Shown here: positions 9,061 through 12,640 of the stretch, piece by piece | How the letters are laid out: every line of letters starts with the position of its first letter | Position numbering within the stretch: the first letter of the stretch is position 1 | NCBI RefSeq assembly: GCF_000150275.1 | Contig: NW_002060944.1 | Coordinates: forward strand, 9,374,368 to 9,387,007 | Origin: Trichoplax adhaerens | Lineage: Eukaryota > Animalia > Placozoa | Length of the DNA: 12,640 nt | Direction: 5' to 3' | The notes under the pieces: generated by a model | What the model was told of the DNA's origin: nothing | Seen by the model: only the letters and a program-made list of their open reading frames with translations | The model's database searches: none | Program-made: the position numbers and the translations under genes

Positions 9061-9704
9061 CATAGTTATAGTTTCTGTTATGCATAATTGCTACTATACT
9101 CTTTAGAGTCAATATCGAGCACGCTCGGGTGATATAATCAATAAGGAATCAAGTTATTTTTTATCATTTCTGTGATGTTTCGGAAGGTTGAGGAAATAAA
9201 CACTGCAATTTCCATCTTGCATTTAAATAATGCCCTGAGAAAGGAACACAAGTGCTTTCAACTTGTCGTGATTTAAAGGAGAGTATTTTTAAATTAATTA
9301 CGAATTCTCGAAGTAGAAATTGCATTACTTACCGTAATTAAGTTGTGTGATATGGTGATGATATATACGATAATCTTTTCTACTCTAGCTTCTATCTATG
9401 ATAAAATGTATTGGCATGCCGTACTGACATATAATATAATCGCTGAAATAGACGACTCTAACCATTTTTATTTGTCGCATATTTATTAGATGTATTAGAC
9501 TTATCTTCTTGAACCACTGCCTTAGCTATTACTAGCCCTCTTTTTATACTACGGTACTAACCATTTAGCGACAGATTCATAAATATGCCTTCATCATATC
9601 AAGATGATTGCCTCTACTTAATTAATCTTTACTATCATTTTATCTTTCGGATATAATGTCTAAAAGGTAATAAGAATGCGAATACAGACTACTTAATAGA
9701 AATG

Positions 9705-10260
9705 TTAGTTAAATGTTTGTGATGCAGTGGATTCTGATGGCGTAGTATCCATGGCAGAGGTAGTGGTGGTAGTAACAGCGGATACAGCAGTTGAAGGTGT
9801 AATGGAGGGCTGTTAACTATAGGTATCTTGGTATCCATTAACAATTATAATTGTTTAAGAGTGAATAAACAATGATGATGGCTAATTTAAGTTAGCCTGT
9901 AAAGCTTTAATTTAGTTGAGGAAAGTACGAAGGATATATGACAAAAAAGAGAATAATCTAAGTGTGTAAAAATGTGTACATGATATTTATATATAAAATT
10001 CTAAAGCAATATGAATACAAGTACAAAGTATGCTATGAAAATGTTGGCTAACTATAGCGTCTGAAATGGTTTTCATTATAATTGTAGGAGTAAACCTACT
10101 AATTGATATCATAAAAATTGCGTGTAATCAGTAAGTTGAACATAATTCCACTATCAAAATCAAGCGTTTTGAGTTCAAAGGTTTACGGCATAACCGATCA
10201 AGAAAATATAAAATTCGTAGGAAACTAGAATTTTATCAGATCTTATGCAAAGACAATGTT
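9705..10260 (-). pseudogene. Possible internally deleted class A GPCR pseudogene with Ser/Thr-rich C-tail (relic E)
   Basis: Ordered motifs: TM3 end 'HAIFMISISRF' (10124-10092), TM5-like 'IFIAYFVLVFILL' (10042-10004), TM6-like 'IILFFVIYPSYFP' (9957-9919), TM7-like 'AIIIVYSLLN' (9882-9853), then an open tail QPSITPSTAVSAVTTTTTSAMDTTPSESTASQTFN* (9812-9705). The spacings require large deletions (TM4, ICL3). Confidence 0.38.
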
Positions 10261-10676
10261 TGTACAGCCCTACTCTTGCCGAGTACAACTAATGAACACT
10301 TCTAGAAAGAAGTACATGTCACTCACAGGAGTAATCTCACTGTCTACTCTCTTCTAGTGAGTGATCAGCTAACTTACTAGCTACTTAGTGACTCCAACTA
10401 ACTACGGAGAGATACTGTAAGTAAGACTAACAACTTCCTCAAAAGTATAATAAGCGGCTTGTTGTAAGATTAGTTTTATGAGTTTTTACTTCTGTTCATA
10501 CAACGAAAGTATATACCTTGTCGCACACTAGAGACGTATCAATTGAGCGATATATTTTTAGCTCGGGCTTATGTACAGTCGCCACACGTTGGTGGTGCAA
10601 AGTACTCACTTAGCATGAGAAACAGGATTAAAATTATTATATGGCTCAGTATGACTCGAGTCCAGGTATAAACAAC

Positions 10677-10720
10677 ATCAATTAATATCAATTAATATCA
10701 ATTAATATAAATCAATTATT
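10677..10720. repeat. Short tandem repeat (ATCAATTAAT)x3 plus one degenerate copy
   Basis: Perfect 10-bp units at 10677-10686, 10687-10696 and 10697-10706; ATCAATTATT at 10711-10720. Confidence 0.8.
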
Positions 10721-11565
10721 ACCATTAGTAGCCAATTAACAACTAGAGGCTTAGCACCACTATATTAATTAATAACATTAATTAATAGTAATTCTTATTG
10801 GTGCTAACTTAAATATCATTATAAATAATAATTAATCTAGATTTTCAATTAATACTTCGTATAATAAACAATTTTAGAGACTAGCAAACTAATTTACAAA
10901 ATACGATGACTAGTATTGTAACAGTACAGTACTAGAATATTCTAATTTGCCTGCTTATATACTTTTTTAGTATTCGCATAGCATCATTCTACCACAATTT
11001 ACAGATATTCAATTATTATTATATAATTAGTAATAAGATTTTACAGCAGACTATCATTAATCCAATATTGAAACGACTACAATATTTACGTAGACATTAT
11101 TTCTACCAGTCAGAATACGATTAGATAGCCATATCTTAATCGTATATGAATTACAGGTCTTTTTTACCAACAATTTTAATAGTAACTCGACACCCTACTA
11201 TTTATAGTTATAGGATTTATTTTAATCCATTATTAATTTAATAAGAAATGGTAATGTAACAGCATTTTATAGCAATTTGGCGAAATCAAAACTGTGATTG
11301 GGCTCATTTCCAAATTTTAGCCAAGACTTGTGTACGTTTATGCTTTAAAAATATTAAAAATTAACCAACTTCAGGCAAATAATAACATTGATAAGCGTAC
11401 CAGTACTTCAACTTTAGCAACTTTTGAAAGATACAGCTATTCGTCTATTAAATTTTAATCCATAAATCTATCATCTACAAACTACCTGCGAAAGCTTAAT
11501 ACAAGGCTTATTCAACACAAATTGCTTTAAAACGGTAACATTAAAGTTATTCAAATCACATTATA

Positions 11566-11571
11566 TTTATT
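11566..11571 (-). promoter_or_regulatory. Candidate polyadenylation signal (AATAAA) for the 11740-12640 gene
   Basis: TTTATT on the + strand ~170 nt past the stop, a similar distance to the paralog. Low specificity. Confidence 0.25.
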
Positions 11572-11739
11572 TTAATAAACGTTTTTTAAATTGTGTAATT
11601 CAATTTGCTACGAAATATCTAAGTAAGTCAATAATACTTTCATGACAAGAATAATTCATATTTAATAATCACATAATGTTTGGTGAATACATATAAAGAA
11701 ACAGCACAGTATGTGAGTACATTTGAAGCTTCAGTGAGA

Positions 11740-12640
11740 TTAAATCTCCGTAATTACGATATTTTCATGTCGGCTAGATTGTGCTTCACTGGGAGCAGCA
11801 GGTTTAACTTTAGGATGGAGGCAACCTGATGCCAGAGATTGGCAACGTAGCTGACTTCTAATATCTTGAAATCGAAAGATTAGGTAAATCATCGGATCAA
11901 TTCCTGCATTAGAAACAGGAAGTATACTAATTATTTTCTGAAATTTAGATATCTGGGTTGGTGTTCCGTTCAGGAAACTAATAGCCGCAGAAGTCGAAAT
12001 GACAAAAAAAGCAAATATATTTGTAGAAGTAATAAGAATGAGCATTATCTGAAAGCGTCTTTCAAATATAGACGATAATTGAGATCTAAATGTTAATCTT
12101 GACTTTCTTAGTTTATATATTATTATCGTATACAAAATGGCCGTAGTAGAGTAAGCGAGAATAAAGTAACCTAACTCGCTAAATGCCCTTATGATATGAA
12201 TTGGCGTCAAATAAAATTCGCCAAGACATATATTACGATAAAACTGAAAATAGTACGCAGACCTAAGATGATAATAAGCGAAATTAAAGATAACAATTCC
12301 TGCAGTTACAGCAACTCCTAATATCCATAATATCGCAGTTATAACTTTAGCTCTTTTTAAAGTCAATCTCCAATTGCTGTGCGGATAGGCAGTTAATGTA
12401 AAGCGATCGATCCCAATACATAATGTTAATGATGCTGCCATAAATAAATTTATGTTTGCTAGAAACTGCGCTATACCGCATGTCGCGCTAACTGACCATA
12501 CATTCTTTATTAGTGAAATATTAGCATCTGAGCCGTAAATATGTCGATAGTAGCGAGTGTAATATGAGTCCGATATGACGAGTATAAACATATAAATAGA
12601 ACCCATAAGATCGCAAAGAATTAAGTTAAATAACAACCAT
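11740..12640 (-). CDS. Class A GPCR paralog of 4909-6018, 5'-partial (N-terminus, TM1 and ICL1 lie beyond the window end)
   Basis: Gap-free alignment to the first receptor from 'WLLFNL' (TGG at 12639-12637 is in frame, so the TTG start in the ORF track is an edge artefact) through 'CIGIDRF', 'RNICLGE', 'KLRKSRLTFRSQLSS' and 'DPMIYLIFRF'. About 60% identity by eye. Confidence 0.92.
   Translation of the reverse strand, partial: WLLFNLILCDLMGSIYMFILVISDSYYTRYYRHIYGSDANISLIKNVWSVSATCGIAQFLANINLFMAASLTLCIGIDRFTLTAYPHSNWRLTLKRAKVITAILWILGVAVTAGIVIFNFAYYHLRSAYYFQFYRNICLGEFYLTPIHIIRAFSELGYFILAYSTTAILYTIIIYKLRKSRLTFRSQLSSIFERRFQIMLILITSTNIFAFFVISTSAAISFLNGTPTQISKFQKIISILPVSNAGIDPMIYLIFRFQDIRSQLRCQSLASGCLHPKVKPAAPSEAQSSRHENIVITEI

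Noticed and set aside
9689-9838. 49-aa - strand ATG ORF MDTKIPIVNSPPLHLQ... (Leu/Pro-rich)
   Set aside because: Alternative frame of the Ser/Thr-rich tract; composition is typical of an off-frame reading.
10677-10720. Tandem repeat as a CRISPR-like array
   Set aside because: No spacers, 10-bp unit, no cas genes; a simple slippage minisatellite.

Overview
AT-rich (roughly two-thirds A+T by eye) eukaryotic, probably animal, genomic DNA; no prokaryotic features are visible. The window is part of a rhodopsin-class (class A) GPCR cluster. It holds two intact, collinear, minus-strand paralogs: 4909-6018 and 11740->12640 (5' end outside the window), about 60% identical by eye. Their 7TM domains resemble LGR/RXFP/GRL101-type receptors, but the complete copy has only a ~20-aa N-terminus and no LRR ectodomain. 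Manual six-frame reading suggests most of the apparently intergenic DNA is a graveyard of heavily decayed GPCR pseudogenes on both strands: five fairly supported relics (1-1166 -, 1232-2301 +, 3123-4370 +, 7990-9060 -, 9705-10260 -) and two weak ones. The relics are recognised only from TM1-TM7 signature motifs in the correct order across stops and frameshifts, so they need profile-HMM confirmation. Compact AT-rich DNA with tandem ectodomain-less LGR-like genes is reminiscent of an early-branching metazoan such as a placozoan, but that is an unverified inference.
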